A stretch of DNA of 64,000 nucleotides, from assembly GCA_037447605.1 (NCBI GenBank), contig CM074820.1:1674001-1738000 (forward strand), in the 5' to 3' direction. The notes under the pieces were generated by a model, which saw nothing but the letters and a program-made list of their open reading frames with translations, was not told the origin of the DNA and made no database searches. The position numbers and the translations under genes were made by a program. Origin of the DNA: Zygnema circumcarinatum SAG 698-1b (Eukaryota; Plantae; Zygnematophyceae). Shown piece by piece: positions 49,821 to 60,957 of this stretch (the first letter of the stretch is position 1; each line of letters opens with the position of its first letter).

Positions 49821-52800
49821 GAGGGGGAGAGAGAGAGAGAGAGAGAGATAGAAAGAGAGAGAGAAAGAGAGAGAGAGAGGGAGAGAGAGAGAGAGAGAGA
49901 GAAAGAGACAGCAGTCCACCTAAGGTCCCTGGTGGATCTGTGCATGGCCTCCTGCATGGTCGGAGAGTCCACCTCCCCACCGCCCTTCCCCACCGCCATC
50001 GCGTAGTTCAACGGCGTCCGGGATCCACCGGATCCACCCGCGCCCCTCTCCTCCTCCAAACCCGCCTGGAGAAGATCAACAAGTACAGTCTCAATCAGGA
50101 GGAAGAATAGGCGCGAAAGGAACAGAGAAGGAGAAGAGAGAGGGGGAGGCAGGGAGTGGGAGGGGGGGAGGGGGAGAGGAGTGGGAGAGAGAGAGGGAGG
50201 CAGGGAGTGGGAGGGGGGGAGAGGAGTGGGAGAGAGGGAGGGAGGCAGGGAGTGGGAGGGGGGGAGAGGAGTGGGAGAGAGAGAGGGAGGCAGAGAGTGG
50301 GAGGGGGGGGCGAGGAGTGGGAGAGAGAGGGAGGGAGAGAGAGCACCTTCTCCCCTCCCCCGTCAATCTCGGAGGAGGCAACCATGGCTGCTGACGTGGC
50401 GGGAGAAGGCGGCGCCTTGGAGGGGTGGCGGCCGTGTACGGACTGAAAGGCGATGGCTTGGACGCGGCCCGTCTGCAGGCAGGGGACGGTCAACGGTCAA
50501 ACCCTACACCATAAACCCTAAACCCTAAGCCTAACCAAATCCCTAACCCCTAACCCTAGACCATAAACCCTAAACCCTAAACGTAAACCTTAAAACCATA
50601 AACCCTCTCCCTAACCCCTAAACCCTAACCCCTAAACCCTAACCCCTAAACCCTCACCCTAACCCCTAAACCCTAAACCCTATACCCTAAGCCCTCACCC
50701 TTAAACCCTCACCCTAACCGCTAAACCCTCACCCTCACCCTAACCCTAAACCCTAACCCTAACCCCTAAGCACCAAACCCTCACCCTTACCCTAACCTTA
50801 AACCCTAACCCTAACCCTTGACCCTTTTGGTTCTGAATCCTAGACCTAAACCACTAAGCCCAATTTTTGGCACCTTGCCGGCGTCTTCGCTGAAGCATGA
50901 AAAGATGAGACCCACAAATCCCTCGTCCAACATTTGGTACATCCCCTGCGTCCGCACGTCTGCAAAGAGCAGGAAATTCCGTACGTATGCATAAAACAAG
51001 GATGTATAGAGCCGGAGTTCCGTCCAGATGCATCGAGAGGACTCCGCCCACATGCATGAAAGGAAGAGATTTATAAAGGGGTGACTGATTTGAAACACTT
51101 CATGAACTTTATGTCAAAATTGAGCAGCCAAAGAAGGCTAAGCTCGTCGAGGAGGGGCAGAGAGGGCGAGGGAGGGAGGGAGGGAGGGAGGGAGGGAGGG
51201 AGGGAGGGAGGGAGGGAGGGAGGGACACTCACCTACATGTGAAGGGAGGACAGTGATGTGGGGGTGCGAGTGGTACCATCCGATGACACGTGTCGTCTTT
51301 CCAGTGGCTACAGAGAGGCGGTTTGGGGAGTCAAGGAGAACGGAATTGGGCTCTGATCCGCGGTCCATGCAGTGCCACAGAACGGCACAGACGACGGAAA
51401 CACAGAGAAGCTGACAACTGAGAACAGTGAACTGATTGATGCATAGAACACAATGTAAAAGTTCGATTTCACATATCCTCAGCTACTCTCTAATTAAGAG
51501 AGAAAGATAAAGATTAAAGATCCCGTGTAAAGATTCTGTGAATTTTGTTCAGTATTTCAAAATCGGTAACTTATTGAATGATTCAATGATTAGTGACTAA
51601 TGGATTAATTACGAAAGTGACCACTTTAAAGGGATATTTCTGCCTCTGCTGAAGCAGCTGCCAACTGTTCCGGATTCGTCTCCACTCGATCTTTCCGCCG
51701 GTCTGAACGCGTTTGGGGGGCGGCCGCCCACACATGGGCGATGACTGCGCCGTTGGAGCAATACTGGGGGGAGAGAGGGAGGGAGGGAGGGAGGGAGAGA
51801 GAGAGAAAGAGGGGGCGGGAGAGAGACGGGAGGAGGTTTGTGAGAGAGAGAGAGAGAGAGGGGGGGGGAGAGAGGGAGGAGGGGGAGAGAGAGTGGGGGG
51901 GCGGGAGAGAGAGGGGAGTGAGTGTGAGAGAGAGAAAGAGAGTGGGCGGGAGAGTAGGAGGGAGGAAGAGAGAGAGGGGGGCGGGAGAGAGAGGGGAGGG
52001 GAGAGTGTGAGAGAGTGGCATCTCTATCTCTCCCTTCGCCTTTCATTTGGCATCTCTCTCTTCCTCCTCCCTCCTCCCCCTCCATCGCCCTCTCCCTGTC
52101 CCTTTCCCGCTCCCTCCCACTAGGGATCAGGGTTAGGGTGTAGGGTATAGAATATAGGGTATAGGGTATAGGTTCAGGGTTTAGGTTTAGGGTTTGAGAT
52201 TTACGTCCTTTCGGGTTTCGGGGTCAGGGTTTAGGGATTAGGGTTTAGAGCTTAGGGTTTAGTGTTGAGGGTTTAGTGTTTAAGGTTTAGTGTTGAGGGT
52301 TTAGGGTTTAAGATAAGGATTTAGGGTTTAGTGTTTAGGGGTTTAGTGTTGAGGGTTTAGGGTTTAATGTTTAGGGTTTAGTGTTGAGGATTTAGAGTTT
52401 AGGGTTTAATGCTTAGGGTTTAGTGTTGAGGGTTTAGTGTTGAGGGTTTAAGGTTGAGGGTTTCGGGCTTAGGGTTTGATGTTTAAAGTTTACTGTTTAA
52501 GGTTTAGTGTTTAGGGTGGAGGGTTTTGGGTTTAAAGAATAGTGCAGAGGGTATAGGGTGCAGGTCTTCGACGTTCAGAAACACAATTGTGCCGGGCTTA
52601 GGGTGTAGGGTTCAGGGTTTAGAGTCTAGGGTCTAGGGTTTAAGGTCTAGGGTTTAGAGTCTAGGGTGTAGGGTTCAGGGTTTAGGGTTTAGGGTCTAGG
52701 GTTAGGGTTAAGTCTAGGGTTTAGGGTTTAGAGTTCAGGGTTGCAGGTGCACCTCGACGTCGCCGAGCAGAAGGCCCATGACCTCCTCCGTCTCCGTTGA

Positions 52801-52863
52801 GAGGGCGTGCGTGACACACGTCAGCCAGACCTCTGACGTCACGCGCACCTCCCACAGCGCCAT
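47705..52863 (-). CDS. BRCC36: BRCC36 (JAMM/MPN+ K63 deubiquitinase). Exons 52863-52753, 51763-51638, 51320-51233, 50959-50874, 50472-50347, 50065-49920, 49462-49310, 49132-49052, 48552-48498, 48043-47705
   Basis: VWLTCVTHALSTETEEVMGLLLGD; RSDRRKDRVETNPEQLAAAS; JAMM motif GWYHSHPHITVLPSHVD; VHPLASLHHSATYQASLCKLLEYC. The exons sum to 1311 nt in frame. Confidence 0.95.
50510..50822 (+). repeat. Telomere-like (CCCTAA/CCCTAAA) array in BRCC36 intron 4
   Basis: Read directly. Confidence 0.9.
51321..51637 (-). other. U12-type AT-AC intron (BRCC36 intron 2, 317 nt)
   Basis: Donor ATATCCCTTT at 51637, branch point TTCTCCTTGAC at 51340-51330, acceptor AC at 51322-51321. It joins AEAE|RLSVATGKTT in frame. 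Confidence 0.9.
52122..52740 (+). repeat. Degenerate (TTTAGGG/TCTAGGG/TTGAGGG) array in BRCC36 intron 1
   Basis: Read directly. Confidence 0.9.
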
Positions 52864-53884
52864 GCCCCTGAACCCTAAGGGTGGGAGAGAGAGGGAGAGA
52901 GAGGGAGAGAGAGAGAGAGGGAGGGAGAGAGAGGGAGGGAGAGAGGGAGAGAGAGGGAGAGAGAGAAGAGAGAGGGAGGAGAACGAGAGAGAAGAGGGAG
53001 AGAGAGGAGATCGAGAGAGACGGAGAGAACGGACAGGGAGAGTACCAGACAAGTGTCGACGGTATTGCAGTTACGGTTAGTCCGGTGAAACGACTAATGC
53101 CTGGTTCGCTGTTCCAGCTAGTTCACAGTTCAACTACGGAGCGTGTAACTGTGTACATGTATCCCGTGTGTCGAATCCTCGGCAACCAATCAGGTAGACG
53201 GGTCCCCCCGCCAAACCCGGTCCTTGCTGGTCCTACAGTCTGATTTGTCCGTATACACTGCCCGTACTTATATTGTACGATCAGTACTCTTTTGTGGACT
53301 GCTGTAATTTTCGTGTGAGGACGATGTAGCACAAGAAAAAAGAACAAGAAGACAAACCACACAGCAAATACAAATACTAAGCCCAGCACTAAAAGACAAA
53401 ACAGCATCACTGACATCCCATCTACTTAACTCTGACAATAGATCTTGAGTCCTAGCAGTGACAGCCTCTGATTGGCTAACTGCCCACTGAGAGGCCTGAC
53501 TGACTACGTGGAGCCTTCGGATAGGTCAACGAATGATTGTCGGCGGCCTCTGGCGGTGTTCCGCCAGTGTTCTTAGATAAGTGGGGTTAAACAAAGACTG
53601 CTGAGCTAGCTGCAGGTGCTGTACGGCCACACGCGCGTCCGTGCTGAAACTAATGAAGGGTTGGGTTGGTTCTGTGGGTCTGCCTGCAGCATAGAGCCAG
53701 GATCCGGGGGATTCAGAGGTACGCGCAGCGGAAGACGTAGGGATCCTGAAGATGTTCCCACCGGCGGCTGGACTCGATGCGCAAAGAGCCCTTCCTTGGG
53801 GGCTCTCTTCCCCTGTCCTCTCCTCGGCTAGTCTCTTAGCTAGGCTTCTAGTTATCATCGGTCATTGGGATAAGCGTAGGGCAG

Positions 53885-56800
53885 NNNNNNNNNNAGCTCG
53901 TAGGGAGAGAAGCCCGTGGAGGAGTGGACGGAGGTGTTATACGTGAAGACCAGGGAGGGGATGACCTCGCGCCAGTCCGCCTCCAGCTCCGCGCAGCCGC
54001 GGACGCACGCATCCTTGACCGTCTGAATGGTACGTTCTGCAAGCCCATTCTGCCAGGGGGAGTAGGGGCTGGAGGTGTGGTGAATGATGCGGAAGTCCTG
54101 CATGAGCTTGGCGAATGCCCCCTTGTATTCGGTGCCGTTGTCAGAGTGGACAGAGTAGGGTATAGAGTGGCGGTGAATGATGGCCGTCAGGAGGCGAGCA
54201 GAGTGGATGGAATGCTTAGATTCTGTCGTATGAACTTCTACCCACTTGGTGTATCTGTCCACGGCTAGGAAGACCCGAATGTAGCCAGAGGGGGTGCCGA
54301 GCTGGGGACAGAAAAGTGTCACCTTCATGCTGTGAATTGGGGTCTTACCCATCTTAGGGGTTGGGCGGTTCGGGGAGGAGGGGTAAGAGCGCCTTGCCGT
54401 GCTGGGGAGCGAGGGAGTTTCAATGTAGTGGGCTTGTTGCTGTGATGGTAGCTGGGCCATCAGTAGTGTTCCCTGCAGGAGGACCACTCACCCCTCTTCT
54501 GTCCGAGGTGGAATCTGCTGACTACCTGTGGTGAGATTCAGGGTCTTTGAACGTCGTTGGGGAAAGGGAACAGTAAGGCCAGCAGGGTACAGATCGTCGT
54601 CAATCACCAAATTGAGAAGTTCTGAGTAGTGGTGAGCAGCCGAGCCCTCTCGGTGTCCGTGATAAAGGGGGGCAGCGTGCGGGTCATAACGTAGCGCAGC
54701 AGGGAGGAGTCTGAATGGACGTCATTGGAGCTGGGGAAATGGGGAGGAAGTAAGGGAGCGTCGCCATCGTCATCCATGAGGATTTCCCACGGATCCGCAT
54801 GGGGGTGGCCGTGGGTGAAGTCAGGGTCCTCCCAGCGATGGAGGGTGGTGGCGGTGGCCGGAATGTCGATCAGCCCATCTGCGAAGAGGACATCATGCAG
54901 GGCTTGAGCGGCAATAAAGATCTCAATGGGAAGATGCTCAGGGTTCAAGAGGGTGGGTGGAGGGATGGGCTCAGGGACGGCCGGATCGTGGCAGAGGAGG
55001 GGAGCCGAGGGATTGCGACTGAGGCCATCAGCATTTCCGTGACTACGGCCGGGACGGTGAGTGACTTTGAGTACATTGTACTCCTCCAACTTCATCACCC
55101 ATCGTGCAAACTTAGGGCGTAGGGTAGCCATGATGTGCAGCCAAGTGAGGGGCATGTGGTCAGTTCGGATGATAACGGGCTGGTAGGCTGTGAAGAGCTT
55201 GAACTTCTCGAGTGCCCAGAGGATAGCNNNNNNNNNNGATAGAATGAGGTGAGCCCCAAGAAGGACTTGAGCTGAGTGAGGGTCTGTGGAATCGGCATGA
55301 GGGCAATCGCTTCAATCTTATCGAGTGATGGTTTCAGGCCATTGATGCCGAGGCGGTGCCCGAGATGAGTGATCTCCTGGTGGCCCCATTTGCACTTCTT
55401 GGGTGCAATCTTCAGACGCGCACTGATGAGCTGTTGCAGGACTTGGTCAATGTGCTGCAGGTGGGAGGACCAGTCCTTGCTGTGGATCGAAGCATCATCC
55501 ACGTAAGGTTCGCAGAAAGCACGACAGGGGCCAAACACCTGGTTGGCCAGGCGCTGGTGAGTCTGGCTGGAATTCTTGAGCCCGAATGGAAGCACTGTCC
55601 ATTGCACAAAGCGCGTGGCTGTGCGAAGCCCTGTCTTGCAGCGATCAGCCTGTCGCAGGGGAATCTGCCAGAAGGACTTCTGCATGTCCAGGGCCGAGAA
55701 CCATCGGTCCTCAGGGGAGACGCCGTGGAGAATCAGGTCCACATCTGGTAATGTGTAGGGATCCCACTTCGTTATTGCATTCAGTTTCCGGTAGTCCCCA
55801 CAGAAGCGGAGTGTACCATCTGGCTTTGGGGGCANNNNNNNNNNTGGAGCCGTGCCCGAGGAACTGGCGCCGGTGACATTGGCAGGGAGGAATGGCAGAG
55901 GATGAGAATGAGGATCGCCTCGGTTGACAGGGAGCCTGCGAAGGGCAGTTGCAATCTCGGCGATCCGGGCTTGAGCCTCAGCTTCAGAAGTGATGGGGGA
56001 TTCTGACAAAGCCGGTTGAAATGCCGCGGCAACCTGGGCAGTGCGTGATCGGGCAGCAGGATCGGGCTCAGCACCCAATACGTTTGACAGGGAGGGGGAA
56101 TCCATGGGGTGCAGATGGATAGGTGGTCGTTGCAGGATGGTGTAAGCGGGTGAAGGAGATGGAGGCGGGCGAAAGGGAGCCGGAGCTCTCGGTGGTGTGG
56201 GGGCAGCCGGGAGCATATCCATGAAGGTGATCTCTGCAGGTGAGCTCCCTTCAGCTGCCTCTTTCCCCTTGCGGGCCTTCTCACTCGAGAGTCTCCGCAT
56301 GCACACACGGGCATCATGTCCCGTGATCTGACAGAAGGTGCAGGTCCATGGTCCGCAACGCAGCCGCGGATTATGATTCAGGCCGCAGGCAAGACAGACG
56401 CCCTCTGGAACCCCTGCCTCTGTCATCCGACGGCGCAGATCGGCCCTGGCAGCTTCTCTCTCTTCGGGCGTGCGATCGGAATAAGGAGCCCGATATCCTG
56501 GACGAGAAACATCTGGTATGTGAGGATTCACCGCCGGCTCAATGGGATGGGCCGGATCATGAGGGTATGGGGAAAGGGGAAGGGGCTTGGTTGTGCTGGC
56601 TATGGCCAGAGGCTGCACCACAGGGGCTGTCCGGACGTCCTGAGCGGTGACGCCGGAGAAGGAAGGCTTGTTCCGAGCAGATGTAGCGTAGGGATCGAAC
56701 AGCTGTTGATTCTGTGTCTTCAGGAACTGCTGGTAGAGTCGATCTTGTCGTGGATCTGTAGCGTTCATGTAATGTGGTCTTACATGTCGGTTGCCTCTCT

Positions 56801-57525
56801 CTTGATCCTTCTGAATTCGCTCTGCCCTGTCTAACAATGCCTGGGCATCTGCTGGTGGGTTGTCGCGCAGCTCACGATCCAGGTGGAGATCCTTCTCGCT
56901 GATGGCCTTGCGGAACCACTGGAGTACTTCGGAAAAGTCAGGCAAGTTCTCGATCGTATTTGCCATGCGCACAAAGCGCTCAGTGAATTCAAACAGCCGC
57001 TCATCACTGTAGCATTCTATGTAGCGAAGTCGGTCTAGCACAGTGATCGGATCTGAAATCCAACGTTGTCTGAAAGCTTGCTTGAATGTGTCCCTTGTCA
57101 GGGTGGCGACGACATCCGCTTTGTGCCAGTTTCGGGAGAGCTTCCAGTTGACGGCCTCTCCTTCCAGCGCTCCAAGGGCCAGCTTGATCCATTGGTCCTC
57201 CTTCAGGTCTGCTTGCGCTGCCTTCTCCTCAAGGTGTCTCAGCCATGCTTCTGCATCTTCCTGCTTGCCGGTGAAGCCTCTTGTGATGATGCCCGTGGTA
57301 TCCCTCGCCTCACTTTTTTCAGGAATCAAGGCTATCAGTTTTGTCATCATCTCTTCCATCTTGCTGGGGAACTCAGATCTGACTCGTGTGCTTCTCTGCA
57401 GGTTGGTTCGAAAGCTGGAGGGTCCTTGCGATCGTCCTGCCCTTGCCCCTGAAGTCGCTCGCCTGGGGCTGCCGGATGGGTAAGTTGTGAATGCCGGAGG
57501 TGAGGGTGTCTTCTGAGGAATCGCT
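53885..57525 (-). CDS. Gypsy gag-pol (Gag, RT, RNase H, integrase core), interrupted by assembly gaps
   Basis: ORFs 55095-57620, 54604-55155 and 53855-54487 carry gypsy domain motifs. The protease probably lies in the gap at ~55835. Confidence 0.8.
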
Positions 57526-59967
57526 NNNNNNNNNNGGTCTGCCTGCAGCATAGAGCCAGGATTCGGGGGATTCAGAGGTACGCGCAGCGGAAGACGTAGG
57601 GATCCTGAAGATGTTCCCACCGGCGGCTGGACTCGATGCGCAAAGAGCCCTTCCTTGGGGGCTCTCTTCCCCTGTCCTCTCCTCGGCTAGTCTCTTAGCT
57701 AGGCTTCTAGTTATCATCGGTCATTGGGATAAGCGTAGGGCAGATTAGGACAAGATGGCAGCTTTGCATAGTGACAGCAAAGGGAAAAACAGTGCTCAAC
57801 TTAGATAAAGGTTGCATTTTGGAAACTCACCCCAGCCAACGGTTGGCTGGGGAATGTCATTACAATGAAATTGTCTTCTCACTGAAATCTTTGTCTAGCT
57901 GGGCTGAATGGGACGTCTGAATGCTATCAGCAAGAAGAGCCTTTCTCACTCTCTCTCTCTCTCTATCTATGGCATGGAACTCTCTCTCTCTCTCTCTATC
58001 TATGGCATGGAACTCTCTCTCTCTCTCTCTCTCTTACTTAGCATCTGTTGCTGTAACTGAAGAGGAAGGAAAAAAGAAGAAAAAAGAACAAGAAGACAAA
58101 CCACACAGCAAATACAAATACTAAGCCCAGCACTAAAAGACAAAACAGCATCACTGACATCCCATCTACTTAACTCTGACAATAGATCTTGAGTCCTAGC
58201 AGTGACAGCCTCTGATTGGCTAACTGCCCACTGAGAGGCCTGACTGACTACGTGGAGCCTTCGGATAGGTCAACGAATGATTGTCGGCGGCCTCTGGCGG
58301 TGTTCCCGGGTGCGCCTTGCTGGATGGTGTGCTGTTCCGTGGGCCGCCAACGCATGGCGCCGCCTTCTCTCAATCTCCGTTGGCAGCTCCTGGATTCCGT
58401 TGATCCATGACACGGAAGATGCATACGTCAAGTACAATCGAACTGACGCCAAGCCGTCGAACGCAGCTCCGTTACGCTACATCTGTAGCACAAGATAAGT
58501 GGGGTTAAACAAAGACTGCTGAGCTAGCTGCAGGTGCTGTACGGCCACACGCGCGTCCGTGCTGAAACTAATGAAGGGTTGGGTTGGTTCTGTGGGTCTG
58601 CCTGCAGTATAGAGCCAGGAACCAAGGGATTCAAAGGTACGCGCAGCGGAAGACGTAGGGATCCTGAAGATGTTCCCGCCGGCGGCCGGACTCGATACGC
58701 AAAGAGCCCTTCCTTGGGGGCTCTCTTCCCCTGTCCTCTCCTCGGCTAGTCTCTTAGCTAGGCTTCTAGTTATCATCGGTCATTGGGATAAGCGTAGGGC
58801 AGATTAGGACAAGATGGCAGCTTTGCATAGTGACAGCAAAGGGAAAAACAGTGCTCAACTTAGATAAAGGTTGCATTTTGGAAACTCACCCCAGCCAACG
58901 GTTGGCTGGGGAATGTCATTACAATGAAATTGTCTTCTCACTGAAATCTTTGTCTAGCTGGGCTGAATGGGACGTCTGAATGCTATCAGCAAGAAGAGCC
59001 TTTCTCACTCTCTCTCTCTCTCTATCTATGGCATGGAACTCTCTCTCTCTCTCTCTCTCTTACTTAGCATCTGTTGCTGTAACTGAAGAGGAAGGAAAAA
59101 AGAAGAAAAAAGAACAAGAAGACAAACCACACAGCAAATACAAATACTAAGCCCAGCACTAAAAGACAAAACAGCATCACTGACATCCCATCTACTTAAC
59201 TCTGACAATAGATCTTGAGTCCTAGCAGTGACAGCCTCTGATTGGCTAACTGCCCACTGAGAGGCCTGACTGACTACGTGGAGCCTTCGGATAGGTCAAC
59301 GAATGATTGTCGGCGGCCTCTGGCGGTGTTCCCGGGTGCGCCTTGCTGGATGGTGTGCTGTTCCGTGGGCCGCCAACGCATGGCGCCGCCTTCTCTCAAT
59401 CTCCGTTGGCAGCTCCTGGATTCCGTTGATCCATGACACGGAAGATGCATACGTCAAGTACAATCGAACTGACGCCAAGCCGTCGAACGCAGCTCCGTTA
59501 CGCTACATCTGTAGCACAAGATAAGTGGGGTTAAACAAAGACTGCTGAGCTAGCTGCAGGTGCTGTACGGCCACACGCGCGTCCGTGCTGAAACTAATGA
59601 AGGGTTGGGTTGGTTCTGTGGGTCTGCCTGCAGCATAGAGCCAGGATCCGGGGGATTCAGAGGTACGCGCAGCGGAAGACGTAGGGATCNNNNNNNNNNG
59701 GGGAGGGGCCCATGATGACGTGGACAGGGGGACCGCGCGAGAGGAGTCGGCGGCCGTCTGGAGAAGCTTCCGCGTACATTCGGAAATGGGGAGTATCGGC
59801 GGGATCGGAGGTGGAGGAGGGAGTAAGACAAATTCGAAATCGAAAGTTACGGCCGACAGGCGCAATGTGGGCGAAGCGGCAAAAAGTGGCGGGAATTAGA
59901 AATGGACCAATGAGGAGTCGTCATGGCAGGGGGGTACGGAGGAGGCCGCGCTGTCGGTCGCGAACGC

Positions 59968-60957
59968 TCAGCCATCGGGGGGGGGAGGGACTGCTGACGT
60001 GGCAGGACGAATGTCGATCCAGTGTGAACGCCAGCGCCGGGCGTTTCCACTAGAGTCAGGGCCTTCCGAAATGATGGCCCAACCTGGGATCTCCGACGGA
60101 CCGACACACATGAGGGGCCCAGTCATAGAAAGCCCGCCGAGTCGGCTCTGAACATCTCTGAGCCAAATGAGCTGATGTGGCGCTACCTGATTGGGCGGGA
60201 GAGCAGCACGTCGGCGCCTCCCAAAGTCGGTGAGTTGTCGTCTGTGCGCTCGGTCGAGGTGGTGGGAGGCCATGGAATCTAGGGTTTGGAAGCGGAGGGC
60301 CAGGAGCTGAAGCTGGGCGACCCGATCCGGGGGAGGCGCGTCATCGTAGAAGAGGGGCTCAGCAGAGAGGAGGTCAAGGGGAATGCGGGGCTTACGGCCA
60401 TAGAGAAGCTCGTAGGGAGAGAAGCCCGTGGAGGAGTGGACGGAGGTGTTATACGTGAAGACCAGGGAGGGGATGACCTCGCGCCAGTCCGCCTCCAGCT
60501 CCGCGCAGCCGCGGACGCACGCATCCTTGACCGTCTGAATGGTACGTTCTGCAAGCCCATTCTGCCAGGGGGAGTAGGGGCTGGAGGTGTGGTGAATGAT
60601 GCGGAAGTCCTGCATGAGCTTGGCGAATGCCCCCTTGTATTCGGTGCCGTTGTCAGAGTGGACAGAGTAGGGTATAGAGTGGCGGTGAATGATGGCCGTC
60701 AGGAGGCGAGCAGAGTGGATGGAATGCTTAGACTCTGTCGTATGAACTTCTACCCACTTGGTGTATCTGTCCACGGCTAGGAAGACCCGAATGTAGCCAG
60801 AGGGGGTGCCGAGCTGGGGAATAGAAAAGGTGTCGATGTTCCAGTCTTCGGCGACGCCGCGTATTGGGATCTCACCCATCTCAAGGGGTTGGCGGTCGGG
60901 GGGAGCAGAGCGCTTGCCGCGTTGGCAGCGGGTGCAGGTTTCAATGTAGCGGCTCAC
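59968..60957 (-). CDS. Second gypsy integrase copy (zinc-finger end, DDE core and C-terminus)
   Basis: YIETCTRCQRGK...DWNIDTF...SDNGTEY...NGLAERTIQ...TGFSPYELLYGRKPRIPLD. Confidence 0.85.
   Translation of the reverse strand: MSRYIETCTRCQRGKRSAPPDRQPLEMGEIPIRGVAEDWNIDTFSIPQLGTPSGYIRVFLAVDRYTKWVEVHTTESKHSIHSARLLTAIIHRHSIPYSVHSDNGTEYKGAFAKLMQDFRIIHHTSSPYSPWQNGLAERTIQTVKDACVRGCAELEADWREVIPSLVFTYNTSVHSSTGFSPYELLYGRKPRIPLDLLSAEPLFYDDAPPPDRVAQLQLLALRFQTLDSMASHHLDRAHRRQLTDFGRRRRAALPPNQVAPHQLIWLRDVQSRLGGLSMTGPLMCVGPSEIPGWAIISEGPDSSGNARRWRSHWIDIRPATSAVPPPPDG

Noticed and set aside
54300-54430. Short, heavily scrambled stretch of integrase beside sequence nearly identical to the 59968-60957 copy
   Set aside because: It could be localised mutation or a chimera, but poor consensus in a collapsed repeat explains it equally well. 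It cannot be judged without reads.
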